Position numbers and translations under genes: made by a program. The notes below the pieces were generated by a model that saw nothing but the letters and a program-made list of their open reading frames with translations, searched no databases and was not told where the DNA came from. 64,000 nt of DNA from Octopus sinensis (Eukaryota): assembly GCF_006345805.1 (NCBI RefSeq), contig NC_042998.1, positions 3,410,001 to 3,474,000 of the forward strand, written 5' to 3'. Below, one piece after another: positions 26,076-39,793 of the stretch. How positions within the stretch are numbered: the stretch's first letter is position 1; each line of letters begins with the position of its first letter.

Positions 26076-26846
26076 GATAAAACAAATGAAAGAATCCGGC
26101 CCAGACAGGCGATAGAAATTAAACTAGAGATTCGAAACGATAATGAATTCCTCATCGATATTGACTTGAATTCCGATCAGAAAGATAACGGATGGTAAAA
26201 TATTCAACTTCATGTTTTGCCTTCTGTAACACCTACCAGAATTCTTCTAAATCGAAAAAAAAATTCTAAAAAAATAAACACCCAAACTTTTTGTTTCATT
26301 GAATATGATGCTTTGATTCAATGATACTTTTGCCTGCCGTCTATGTATGTCTGCGCGATAAGATCAAACCAGCAGCTCGGCGAAAATCGAATTTTCTTTT
26401 CAAATATAGATATAAAACATGTTTGGTGCTAACAGGCAAAACAAAATCACAAACAATCATCAAATATCCTGTCTAAACACATTACAAATCCGACTTTCTA
26501 ACAGGAAAGTAAATTACAGACAGATGACAAGTTATAAATAATACACGTAGACGCAGGTATACATTCAAGTACTCGCCAAAGCATAATATGTATATATGCA
26601 AGCATGTATATATGTATGCATTTGTGTATGTGTGTGTGTATGTATATATTTGTATATGTACACATACATACATATATACGTGTGTATATATATGCATTTG
26701 TGCATTAGTGCTTATATATATATATACACGTTTGTGTATGTGTATGCATATATATCTATATACATTTGTGTATATGTGTGTACATGTATGTATGTCTGTG
26801 TATATGTGTATATATATACATGTATACATTTGTGTATATGTGAGTA

Positions 26847-26912
<66 letters not shown>

Positions 26913-26930
26913 ATTGCAGCGTGGAGTGTG

Positions 26931-27137
26931 CCTATAAGCCATTTAAAAACACACATAAACCGTTAGACTCACTTCAACATTTAAATTTCGTTTGTCAAAA
27001 TACTTTCGTCGATTTGAAACCGCAACTTGCACACCGACAAAATTCCGTGCTGAGACGTTGCACAGAATTTTGACAAACTAGAGTTAAATGTCAAAGTGAA
27101 TCTAACGGTTTTTGTGTGTTTTTAAATGGCTTAAAGG
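26931..27137. mobile_element. MITE-like element with ~67-bp TIRs
   Basis: taagccatttaaaaacacacataaaccgttagactcacttcaacatttaa..gtttgtcaaaat (26935-27001) is the imperfect reverse complement of 27068-27133. Confidence 0.75.
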
Positions 27138-27359
27138 TTGTTAAACACCTTCCACGCTGCAATTGATTTTGTTTCAGCACACGATCTCAGATCAGGTCAC
27201 TTGTTATGCAAGTACATCTCCCGTAATACATATACACAGAATTTCTATATCTTTTCATCTTTTAATTTGAATTACTTTTCCAATTGTAATAGAAATAAAA
27301 CGAACCAATCACCTTTAAAATTTTTCTTCTCCAATTCCCTGTATTGAGTTTCTAATTTT

Positions 27360-27460
27360 TAAAAAGCATTCGTGAAGTAAAATATGTAGCAACACCAAAT
27401 GGCGGTGCCCCAGCATGGCCACAGCTTGTGAGCTGAAACTAAATAAAAAAAAATAATAAA
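27360..27460 (+). mobile_element. Isolated 3' tail of the CR1/L2-like LINE
   Basis: aaaagcattcgtgaagtaaaa..ggcggtgccccagcatggccacagcttgtgagctgaaact matches ~42450-42530. Confidence 0.8.
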
Positions 27461-27474
27461 AAATATTTTTTCTT

Positions 27475-27698
27475 ATATTTGTTTCAGTCATTTGACTGCG
27501 GCCATGCTGGAGCACCGCCTTTAGTCGAGCAAATCGACCCCAGGACTTACTCTTTACATGCCTAGTACTTATTCTATCGGTCACACATGCCGAACCGCTA
27601 AGTAACGGCGACGTAAACACACAAGCATCGGTTGTCAAGCGATGTTGGGGGGACAAGCAGACACACTCATACATACATATATATATATACATACATAC

Positions 27699-27767
<69 letters not shown>

Positions 27768-27900
27768 CGACGGGCTTTTTCCAGTTTCCGTGTACCAAAT
27801 CCACTCACAAGGTTTTGCTCGGCTCGAGGCTATAGTAAAAGACACTTGCCCATGGTGTCATGCAGTGGGACTGAACCCGAAACCATGTGGTTGGAAAGCA
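27475..27900 (-). mobile_element. SINE family B with expanded internal (TA)n
   Basis: Close match to the 7110-7517 copy. Confidence 0.9.
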
Positions 27901-27904
27901 AGCA

Positions 27905-28306
27905 ATTTATATATATATATATACATATATATAAATATACATGTATATAAATATATACATGGATATAGATATACATGTGTATATATACATATAGATGTAT
28001 ATACATATACATGTATATATGTATACATATATATATATGTATATATATATATACATGTATGTATATATATATATGTGTATATATATATGTATATATATAT
28101 ATATGTATATATATGTATATATATATACATGTATGTATATATATACAAATAAATATATATATACATGTATATATATACATATCTAAATATACATCTATAT
28201 ATGTATACATACATATATATACATGCATATGTGCACATGTATATACACCTATATATGCCTATATATATATACATAATATATATATGTATATATGTGTGTA
28301 TATATA

Positions 28307-28364
<58 letters not shown>

Positions 28365-28370
28365 TATATG
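27905..28370. repeat. Degenerate (TA)n/(TATG)n array
   Basis: Direct inspection. Confidence 0.95.
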
Positions 28371-28700
28371 GATTCATGCATATATGTGATATAATATTTT
28401 CAGTATTAATAGTGAAATTATTAAAATTGAAATGTCTCACATTATAATAGAGATGTTATTGTTTCATTTTAACACATAATACTGTAATGGTGTAACAGAT
28501 AAGAGATTGCTCCAAGCTCACATTAGGCCAGAAGTTGAAACTTTCTTTAGCCCATACCACTGCATGGATCCTATGTAAAGCATCTGTATAATTGGACTGG
28601 AATCGGTTGCGTATTTCTCGAGTTTTAGTGATGCACATATACAGATACACAGACAGACACGCATTCTCAGTTTTATATATATATAGATAATATTTATCAA

Positions 28701-28933
28701 GTAGTACCAGACTGCTAGAAATAAGAGTGAAAACAACTCAATAACCACAGAAGCATTATCTTAATGACTGACAAGGAAAACAAGCTTCCTAGCGGTGATT
28801 TCGAATTTTGATGAAATCACCGGCGATCTGGTTATGTCCGTTGGAGAGCTTGTCACCCTCGACAATCATTAAGATAATGCTTCTGTTGTTATTGAGTTGT
28901 TTTCACTCTTATTTCTAGCAATGCTGGTACTAC
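28701..28933. repeat. ~230-bp foldback (long imperfect hairpin), MITE-like
   Basis: 28701-28768 is the reverse complement of 28866-28933; inner hairpin ggtgatttc/gaaatcacc. Confidence 0.8.
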
Positions 28934-29022
28934 GTAGTACCCTCTGTCACTTTAGTCACTTCTATAAATTTACCCTTAGGTTGTTAAATTGCTAATAAGC
29001 TATCCATATTATTTGTGTATAG

Positions 29023-29081
<59 letters not shown>

Positions 29082-29599
29082 TAATGTATATATGTATATA
29101 CATAGTATATACTATGTATATACATAGTATATGCTATGTATATACTAATGTAACACCTGTCGTAAATCTTTAGGCTTTAAACTTTGTGTTCCATTCTTTA
29201 CATTTAATTTATACATGCACACTTCTTTTTGTCAATCAAATATAGCCTTCTCTTTTCTTCACTATCCCATATCTCTCTCTCCAACAAGCATGAATCTCTC
29301 CTTCTCTCCGCCCCCTCTCTCTCTCCTCTTCTGTCTCTCTCTCCATTGGTCCATTATTTACTAACTCATTCACTCGCCTTGCTTATGTTGTTTTAACATA
29401 TTACATCTTTTCTTTCCCCTATTTATTGTCAATCTTAAAGCAACTCAGTCACTTTTTTCCTTCCCCTTATGCATTCATTTCCTTCGCTTCTCTCTAACCT
29501 CTCTCTCGGCAAAGCCAATATTTTCCCCTCAAGTGAAAGAGAAAACAAACACGCATATATATATATATATATATATATATAAACACACACACACACACA

Positions 29600-29672
<73 letters not shown>

Positions 29673-29689
29673 AATAATAATAATAAATG

Positions 29690-29935
29690 CGCCCTTTTAA
29701 AGCCTAGCCAGGCTCATGGGCCCCTTTTCCCAGTTTCAATGGCATATGTGTTCCCCCCAGCTGGACGGGACGCCAGTCCATCGCAGCGTTATTCATTTTT
29801 GCAAGCTGAGTGGACTGGAGCAACGTGAAATGAAGTGTTTTGCTCAAGAACACAACGCATCGCCTGGTCCAGGAATTGAAACCACAATCTTACGATCATG
29901 ATGCTGACACCCTAACCACTAAGCCACGCTCCTCC
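29690..29935 (-). mobile_element. CORE-like SINE family C
   Basis: Inverted homolog of 23165-23410. Confidence 0.85.
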
Positions 29936-29959
29936 ACACACACACACACACACACACAT

Positions 29960-29992
<33 letters not shown>

Positions 29993-30379
29993 ATGTACAT
30001 GTGCGTGGGTTAACAAACGATGTAAAGTAGCACTCAATGCATTCAGTAGAAGTTTTATGTATTTAATAGCAGGCTGCCTTACTCTACGTTATTTAGCCTC
30101 GTGAGCAGAGACCTCGTTCCGTTACTATATGGACAGATATTCGCCAGAACGATTTAGATGTGTAAATACCTTTCGTCTCGAGCATAGTTGCACAATTATA
30201 CTTGCTACAATATTTCGCTGAATGGAAAATAATTATATACTGCAAGCATCAAGGACTATATACTCTGCAATTGTGTGAAGAGTATCTAGGCTTGAGGCGG
30301 AGTTTTCGTATTTCCGTGGACTGAGGCCGTGAAACTTATAAACAGGGTATTTATTTGAAGGTAGCAATAGGATAACAAT

Positions 30380-30800
30380 GGCGGCGAGGGGCTGGCAGAA
30401 AGGTTAGCACTGCCGGGTGAAATGCTTTGCGGCATTTCGTCTGTCTTTACGTTCTGAGTTCAAATTCTGCCGAGGTCGACTTTGCCTTTCATCCTGTCGC
30501 GTACGATTAAATAAGTACCAGTTACGCACTGGGGTTGATATAATCAACTTAATCTGTTTGTCTGTCCTTGTTTGTCCCCTCTATGTGTAGACTCTTTTGG
30601 GCAGTAAAGAAATAGGTATTTCGCCTACCGTTACGTTCTGAGTTCAAATTCCGCCAAGGTCGACTTTGTCTTTCATCCTTTTGGGGTTGATTAAATAAGT
30701 ACCAGTTACACACTGGGGTTGATGTAATCGACTTAATCCGTTTGTTTGCCCTTATTTGTCCCTTCTATATTTAGCCCCTTGTGGGCAATAAATAAATAAT
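30380..30800 (+). mobile_element. SINE family A dimer
   Basis: Junction aaagaaatag|gtatttcg; TSD caataggataaca at 30365-30377 and 30801-30813. Confidence 0.9.
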
Positions 30801-31229
30801 CAATAGGATAACACACACACACACACGTTTTGTAGTGCGGTCATATACAGTCCAATATCAGGTATTAGCTGCTTAGTAACGGAAACAGAATACATGCGAC
30901 AAGTAAAGAGCAGGAGAATACCGAGAATGCGGAAATATATGGACATCTGGGTGAAACTTTTGTACCAATTCTTTACTATTGGCGATGGAATCACCTCAAC
31001 GTACAACGGTGAAAGTTGTTTTGCCAGATAATCATGATCATGACGTTGATGTAAGATACTCGTGCCGTTAGTCATGATACTTATATACTAAGCAAAAGTA
31101 CTCGCGTGCACACACACATAGACATACACTCGCACGCACACACACACACCAACTCACAAACACGCGTCTTGTAACTTTGTCGAATTTCACGTTACAGCGA
31201 TCATTAAGCGAGAACAACCATATCCTAGA

Positions 31230-31400
31230 CATCGAGTTGAGTATTCCTCTCTCATTCATCCAGCATAGATCAACGTACGTCTTGCTCTCTCTCACCCCTC
31301 TCCTCCATTGTATATTTGTGTGTGTGAGTGTGAATAACAAAAGAAAAGAAGTTACATCACAATTTTCCTTAGCTTACAGCTGTTTCTGCTACAGGTAAGC
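31230..31400 (+). other. Possible non-coding first exon ending at a strong splice donor
   Basis: ctacag|GTAAGC at 31394/31395, inside a visibly CpG-richer non-repeat region; no downstream exon identified. Confidence 0.25.
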
Positions 31401-32997
31401 GTGCACTTTGAACAGAAATCCAGCGCGAGATCTTATATCCTCCTTGGAGTCATTACACGTAGACACTCACACGCATACACATACGCCCACATTTGCACAA
31501 TTTTGCTTTAGCACGGCGTATTTTAAAATCTATCGTTTAGAAACACCTGTCGTAGTTTCACCTTTTCTCTTTTGGTTTTCATTTAATCTAATTTTAATTT
31601 TGCACACGAATAATATGTACATTGGGGGTGTTTGCAAATGCGGAATTGAAAGCGCATTAAAGTATCATTTTTGCATAATAAGTATAAATACAGTGGGGAG
31701 TTTCCTACGTGAAGTTGAAAGATACCTTCAAAGATTTTAATCATGCGTATCTACTTCAGAATTTATTCCGGTCAGGTAATCATGGTATCGGCGTCTCCTT
31801 ATCCTACCGCTAATCTACAGCACATTGCGATATAATGTAAGCAACAAACCTTTCCATACTCGTGTAAATTTAAACACGGCTGCGCACAGACACGCACACA
31901 GACACACAGACACACAGACAGACAGACAGGCACACACCTCGTTTAAATAAAAAACTACTTAAACTTTTTTGTGGCATAATAACAATAAAACATATCTTCC
32001 CCGTTTTACACCATTTCGATTTGCATCGGAGATCGTAGACCCAGACTACCGTGTAAAGAGTGGCATCTGCGCATGCCCACACACTCGTGCACACACACGC
32101 ACACAAACACATATAAACAGGCACACACACATAAACAGGCACACACACATACGCACACCCTTATACACTTTGACACACATACGCATACAAGATTTCGTAA
32201 CGGAAGCATCAGCAGAAGTTATGGCAAATATTACAATAATATCAGTCTTTTCATATACATACACATTTCCACGTATTCCTGTGTGTTTATACTAATCTAC
32301 ACGCACACACGATCATACACGATGCACATGAATGTATGTCAGTTTCTGTGTGTTGTGCGTGAACGTTAGCATCCATACTGCTATAGATTATCTACAACAT
32401 TCAAACATGTGCCTGTTGCACGCACTATGATCGTTTGTGTTGATATATAGATAGAGCCGTCTAAGTATGCATGGAAGCGCTCACTTATATCCCAGACTCA
32501 GAAGGCTGTGAGTACTGAATGTAGTTTCATATCAACAATCTTTGTTATTACAACTTTATGTTTGTTATTACAAACATTATGTTCTATATGTTGCAAAACG
32601 CCTGAAAAAACAACCGGAATTTGTGTTGACAGCATGCTCTTGATAATCTAACAAGTGTACAACGACTGGAATATCTCGCCTCACAGAAGTAAGGTTTTCG
32701 TATGGAATTCCTGAAATTTCTTGATCGATTGGTTTGAATGACTTGCAGCATACATCATATAGTTAGCTCAGCTATGAATGCATACTTGAAAAACTATTTT
32801 ATCAAGTACGAATTCCAACGGAAAACAAAACACAAAATGAAATCCTTGCTCAAACTTTTGATAGCTCCATAGTACCATTCCGAAATGTTACATCTCTAAG
32901 ACTTTGCTAGAATAAGAGCTAAGTCTTTTAAGTCATGGCTTTGGTACTTTATTTGAGAAGAAAAGGAAAAAAAAATAATAAAGATGGTAGTGATATC

Positions 32998-33160
32998 GTC
33001 CGTCTTTACATTCTGAGATCGAATTCACCCGAGGTCGACTTGGTTTTTCATTCTTTCAGGATCGATAAAATAAGAACCAGTTGAGCGTTGGTGTCGATGT
33101 AATCGACTTACCCATTCCCCCGAAATTTCAGACCCTGTGCATAGAATAGAAAGGATTATT
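32998..33160 (+). mobile_element. SINE family A fragment
   Basis: cgaggtcgacttggtttttcattctttcaggatcgataaaataag..gtcgatgtaatcgact. Confidence 0.65.
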
Positions 33161-33940
33161 GTTGATGTGGTGGTCATGGTATCAGCAACTCGTCACTTTG
33201 AATCGCTCGTAACTTTTGTTCATTTTTAAGTGCTTTTTAAAAGTCTACTTTCGAAACACGTTGCTTAGTTATATTCATAGATATAATCAATGTCCTTAGA
33301 AGCTCTTTAAATCCATCGCGTCGGAATCCGATGTTATTTGTCTAAAATTTATCTATTTAAAATTGTCCAAGAATTACATCGAAAAATATTCGACAGAAAG
33401 CCAGAGGGGTTTGAGTACTGATTGGAAGAGCGATATAATTATGCCTTCCCCACATTAAATCAATGTAGAGCCACCACCACCATCAATGTCGATCGAAACG
33501 AAAGCAACAACAGCGAGGAAAATGAGAACAGGAAAAGTTTTGAAAAGGGTCATAGTTAATTTACTCAACTCCAGTTCTTGAATGATAGATTTTTTACTGA
33601 CTTTGCCACGAGAGGATTTCTAACGCTCACGATTCTTATCAAAACATCTGTTCAACTGGTAGACGGATTAAGCACACTGATTCAACGTCCAGAGTTATCA
33701 TAGATCAGATGCTTGATAAGTATAGTTACAACTGTTGGAGCTCCGTTAAAACTCTCTAAAAGTTAGGTGGCAGTATTTCTTGATCAGAAGGTGTTGCTCA
33801 TAGTGGCATTGCTAGTAACAACTTCAGCTGCTGTCTGTGATGGTAAAGTAGTGAGCCACGAAAATTAATGGAAATTACTACACACACACACAAACACGCA
33901 CACACACATACACACATATATACACACAAAATTACCGTAT

Positions 33941-33984
<44 letters not shown>

Positions 33985-34027
33985 CATGTATATAAATATA
34001 CACATATATACTTATATACACACACAC

Positions 34028-34078
<51 letters not shown>

Positions 34079-34084
34079 CTTAGA

Positions 34085-34400
34085 ATAACTTAGAAAGGTT
34101 TTTGGCCAGTATTGGCCCAGGCCATGTCTAACTTAATAGCACCACCTGGCGAAGTCTTTCAGTTCAGGATTTGGGCACCAAGCCCATTCGAGCAGAGAGT
34201 TATTGTTTGCGGAGACATATCCGGGTGTGGGTGGTTTGTCCGGTACTGTTTGAAGGAATTTGTCCAAAGACTTCTTGAATTTTGTGTGGTCAGTTTCTTT
34301 TTTGACGTGTCCTGGTGTAATGTTGAAGAGAGCAGGTCCAATTGAGGTGAAATAGTTGTGCCGTATTGTCGTTATGTGATGCGATTTAGATTTTTGTTGT
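34085..34400 (-). mobile_element. CR1/L2-like LINE 3' end
   Basis: FTSIGPALFN..FKKSLDKFLQTVPDKPPTPGY..NSL is homologous to the C-terminus after 42340 (LDLFLSGIPDEP..NSL). Confidence 0.75.
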
Positions 34401-34609
34401 GGAATATATATATATTCTAGCAAAAACTGTCCGATGAACGGCAACGGGAAACTCAGAGTAACAGGTTTTATATATCAATATATATATATATATTCATATA
34501 TACGTATATATATTCATATATACATATATATGTATATATATATATATACATATATATATATACATATATAAATATATACATATATACATATATACGTTTA
34601 TATGTAAAG

Positions 34610-34643
<34 letters not shown>

Positions 34644-35540
34644 CAAGCGGATAGGGAGCCTTCTTTTTTCTGTCGAGGACTTACATGGCTCTTTATCATA
34701 CTATTTTCCTTAGTCAATGCACTTAGTCATTACACACACACACACACACACACATACACACAGATACGTTTGAGATTAATTTCAAGTGTAACATTCCATA
34801 GATTAACCGCTTTGACTACGAATGATTTATTTTTTATATTCTGTCTGTTAGTAATATTCCTATAATCAGTTTTTCAGCCATCCATCTTCCGCTCTTTTCA
34901 TATTTTCCCCTGAAACTATGTATTTTAAATATTTATTTTACTGATGCTACAATACTATTACTTTTTCTTCCATCCAAATATGGCAACTTTTATATAAATA
35001 TGACACTAGAAAATAACCTGTGATTTTGCTTAAGGGATGTTTACTTTGAAAACAAAATTTTATAATTCAAAGTAAAAACGGAATAATCCAAGCGTTGTTC
35101 GTTTCTTGAAGCTGTTAATTTTTGTCACCGGGAAAAAAATATACATTAACTATTTTATAACGTCTAGGTACAAACAGCCAAGTAATTCTCCTGTCGTCTG
35201 CTGGTAATATCAAATAGCTGATGGCTATCAAAATATTTACAATATCATATATTGATTTATTACATAAACAGAATACTTGGCTTACCGGAAACGCGCTTCC
35301 TAATTTACACTGTTCACCTGCTGTTATATTTAATAATACTGTTATGTTTACTAATTTATTAACCAGGCACAAAGCCCCCAGTTTTATAGACGAAACAAAA
35401 TGAGACGTTGAAACTTAACCTTTCATCTTTGCAAGGCCAGAATGAGTGTGTGTGTGTGTGTGTTAGAGAGAGAGAGAGTGTGTGTGCGTGTGGGTGTGTG
35501 TGTATGTGTGTGAATTCACGCTTATGTTTACATCCATGTG

Positions 35541-35576
<36 letters not shown>

Positions 35577-37204
35577 ACATAGAGACCGAAAGAGAGAGAG
35601 AGAAAGAGAGAGAGAGAGAAGAGAGAGAGAATGATGATCATATATATATGTATATATATATATGACATTACATATGAATGTATATATTCATATACCATTA
35701 CATATATATATATATATTTATATATATATATAACATTATATATTTATATGCATATATAATGTACGTACGTGTGCATATCGCTCTTATTTGCTGCTCTTGT
35801 TTTCTTTAATACTTTTAAATGAGATTTTTGTATTCTTAAAATATTATTATCCGGATGTCATAACAATGGAGACTATATGCCAAGACAGTTCATCGAGTTA
35901 TGTCACAAATCAATATCCGCTTTGCAGTAAGAGAAGAAAGACACTCATCACTTATGACATTCTATAAACAGTATCCAGTTTAAGTAAAATGAAGAACTCG
36001 CCCAACATCATAAGGAATTCTAAGCACAATAAAAAGATTAAAGGATTCATACTAATAAGCCTTCATTAAGAAAAAAAATGAAGTATGAAATTAAAAGATT
36101 AGTAAAAGTTTTCAGAAATGCTATATTTCGAAAGCGAAATTAGATCTTATATTTATACAATTAACAAAATCATAAAGGCAGAAATTAAGTATTTCCTGTG
36201 AGTTTAAAATCCTTTGAAGTTCATTTGTAGGAACGACAGGCATAGCAGGGTCTTGTGAAATAATCTCATTATCGCTGTTAATAAAGGAGTCTCCCTCTTA
36301 AGGAACAGATTTGTAGAACGAAGAACGACGTCCGGAAGTTTGTGCGTCAGCAAATCGTTAAGTGTGATTCTCTAAGTTTTGTCTAGAGAGACTGAATATC
36401 GCGCCAACTATTTCTTCTTCGGAAAATGAAGTTGACATTACGTGCTACTAGTTTAGATTTTTCTTCTACTAAAAGAATGCATTTGCATGTATGAGAATGT
36501 TTTTCTTTGTTGCTTTTATTATTTTTTTTGTAAGAGCTGATCTCAAATAAATTTGCCAAAAATGTTGAGAGACGCCAACTAAATTGATAGATAAAAAGCA
36601 CGATCCCAAGGAGTAGCAGGTGAGGATAGTGAATTAATTGAGTGAAGTATTCCTAACTTTTCACTGAGATTCTAGATAATGATGTAGCATAGTTGTCATT
36701 TCACATTATTTCCTTCAGAAATTGTAAATGATGGTTAGACTTGCACAATTCTTTTGTTGATTTAAGGTATCACGTACTTTCATAAACATGAGTTGTGCTC
36801 CTCTGTCACCAGTGATAGCAACAAGCGAGAAATTTAAAATTATTTAACAATGGTCAAAGAAGTGACATCAGTGCAGCGAAAACTAAATGAGGTCGGGTGA
36901 GTATTCATCAACTATCAGTAAAAGATTTTAATTTTGTGATGTTTGTAAAGATCCCATATAATCCATTTAACATTATTAGCAAATCCATTATGAACGGTTA
37001 TTTTAATAATTTTCTTAATAATTTTTTTCTCTACATATTTCATTTACGTACATATTTTTGATAAGGTTTATAACCAACCGAAGCATGTAAATAAAAGCAT
37101 GTTTTAATGTAATTATATAAAGAAATTTAAATGTACCTAATTTTAAAAAGTAGCATTTTCGTTCTTCGTTTTCATAAATATATATGTATGAAAATATATA
37201 TGTG

Positions 37205-37235
<31 letters not shown>

Positions 37236-37237
37236 AT

Positions 37238-37303
<66 letters not shown>

Positions 37304-37323
37304 AACATATATATATATATATA

Positions 37324-37369
<46 letters not shown>

Positions 37370-37679
37370 TGTGTATTTATGCATATATACAGGTATATAT
37401 ATATGGGTGTGTGTGTATATATATATATGTGTGTGTATATATATGTATATATATATATATGTGTGTATATATATGTGAAATAGAAAGATGAATAATCTTG
37501 TTGCAGATTAATCAAAAGTTTAACCGATACCTTGGTAGCAAAAATCACAGCAGAAGACAGCACGGTTGGAGGTACAACCATATGGTGTTGCAACCGTGCG
37601 TTGGTGCGGATAATTGAATTTTAATATTATTAGTGAATTGAAGAAATGGAGTTGAACGAAGATTGAACAGAAATCGTTT

Positions 37680-37772
37680 TATTTCATTCTACACGTGTTT
37701 CGAAAGGCACAATTTACCAAATTCCGATTGAATAATGAGACCATATTGTGTCTTTCTCTTCAGGAAGAAATA
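37680..37772 (-). ncRNA. Type I hammerhead ribozyme motif (sense to the GIY-YIG ORF, downstream of it)
   Basis: Reverse-complement twin of 39393-39485. Confidence 0.8.
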
Positions 37773-38429
37773 GGAAATCCGTTGGAAAAAACAAAAACAG
37801 AACAGAGGCGGAGCAAAACAAATCGAACGAGGCTCCTAAGAGCCCATGGCCAAGCTGTTTATCAATGTATGTTGAAAACGGGTGGTGGTGCGGAAGATTT
37901 TAACGGGTCAGGCAGCGGTCATTCCGGTGGGTGAGGGCACGGGGTGCGTAGATGTTCTTTGTGACCGAGAGTAAAGTTCTGACTATTTAAAGAATATTAG
38001 GTGTATTATATGGGGCGAGACAAAATCTACTTAGAGACATGTGTGTGTGTGCTGTTCTATATATGTGTGCGGGCGCAAGTTGGTAAGAAGCGCTACATTC
38101 TGGTCACTGCTGAGAAATCCGTCAAGGGGTAGAAAATATTTTATGTGTACGTGTGTGCGTTTGATCGCGCGGCTGTCAGTTGGTAAACAGCTCTACACAA
38201 TGGTCACTGCTGTAAAATCCGTCGGGCGGCAGAAAAATATTTTATGTGTGCGTGTGTTCGTCTAATCATGCCTTGTCAAAGAAACCCCCCGTCGTCAAAA
38301 ACAAAACACCATTCATCACCCAGGAGTAATTCCCCTTGCAATGGTTAATCATATTTCAGAATTTATTACCAAGGGCTATTTTCATATAAGCAGTGTAACC
38401 GGGTGCAGGTATTATTTATAAGCGTTATT

Positions 38430-39209
38430 TATAAGCAAGATAAGTATAACGCCGCCAATGGGGGCATCGAAAAGCCGACTGTAAAAGCCCGTTTACCATC
38501 CGGTCTCTGGCGAACAATATATGGAAGAGTTCGGAGACACAAAGGTTGCACTTCTTCTGCCCCTGTCAAATGGGAGGGCCACCGACAAAATTGACCATTC
38601 CAGCCTGTAGCTTGAGTTCGTATTCTTCAATCGCCATATTAGCTTGCTAAGTCCCGTGGTCTGGCGTTTATTCACGTCTCGAAAAGTTGCGTAATGGTTG
38701 GAGATTCGTAAGGCCAATCTTGACGATGAGGCCCCGACATAAGCGTAGACATCTGAGTCCGTGTAAACCTTGCATTGGTAGACGGCGTTTCTGATCTTGG
38801 AGTTCACCGACGTGAACCTTATTCTGTTAGGATTAGTTTCTGAAATTATAACTGCGTTACTGTCACTATATTTGTTGCGAGAACTGCAGCCGCTTACTAC
38901 TTTATTTTCCACTACGTCACTATTAACTAACGGAATAACCCCTGATTCTCCACTATCTATCAGAGTGCTGTCATTGCTAGTTCCCGTGGTGCTGCTATTG
39001 CCGGAAACGATGCTGGAGTTGCTATTGGGACTCTCTACCCTAACGAGCCGAGCTGCGCTCACCTCACAACTGCCATTGTTACCGTCAATTACAACACCCC
39101 TATTTATAACTATACCCCTAGTATATAATCCCTGGTTGGAGCTGAGATTATGAGTCACTGTACTGGCTCTCATATCATTATTACTACTATTATTATTCCT
39201 ACTGAACAT
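38430..39209 (-). CDS. GIY-YIG endonuclease of PLE type with Ser/Asn-rich N-terminal part; one frameshift near 38555
   Basis: NAVYQCKVYTDSDVYAYVGASSSRLALRISNHYATF..TTGLSKLIWRLK..LEWSIL; the shifted frame continues KCNLCVSELFHILF..FRCPHWRRY. The ATG lies at the inverted-repeat junction. Confidence 0.75.
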
Positions 39210-39392
39210 CTACGCACCCCGTGCCCTCACCCACCGGAATGACCGCTGCCTGACCCGTTAAAATCTTCAACGCACCCACCACCCGTTTTCAACATACATT
39301 GATAAACAGTTTGGCCATGGGCTCTTAGGAGCCTCGTTCGATTTGTTTTGCTCCGCCTCTGTTCTGTTTTTGTTTTTTTCCAACGGATTTCC

Positions 39393-39485
39393 TATTTCTT
39401 CCTGAAGAGAAAGACACAATATGGTCTCATTATTCAATCGGAATTTGGTAAATTGTGCCTTTCGAAACACGTGTAGAATGAAATA
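39393..39485 (+). ncRNA. Type I hammerhead ribozyme motif
   Basis: Stem I tatttcttc/gaatgaaata; CUGAAGA 39402-39408; stem II gaaagacacaat/attgtgcctttc; GAAA 39464-39467; C-acgt-G helix III; GUA triplet 39473-39475. Confidence 0.82.
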
Positions 39486-39750
39486 AAACGATTTCTGTTC
39501 AATCTTCGTTCAACTCCATTTCTTCAATTCACTAATAATATTAAAATTCAATTATGTGTGTATATATATATATATGTTTATATATGTATATATATATATG
39601 CATTATATGTATATATATATGTGTATATATATGTATATATGCATATATATGAATATATGTATACACATATATATATGTGTATGTGTATATATATGTATAT
39701 AAATATATATATATATATGTGTGTGTATATATGTTATATATATATATATG

Positions 39751-39788
<38 letters not shown>

Positions 39789-39793
<5 letters not shown>

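Larger units (their letters stand above)
37610..39555 (-). mobile_element. Penelope-like element: GIY-YIG ORF between ~350-bp inverted pseudo-LTRs carrying hammerhead ribozymes
   Basis: 37610-37957 and 39204-39555 are near-identical inverted repeats; GIY-YIG motifs present in the enclosed ORF. Confidence 0.85.
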
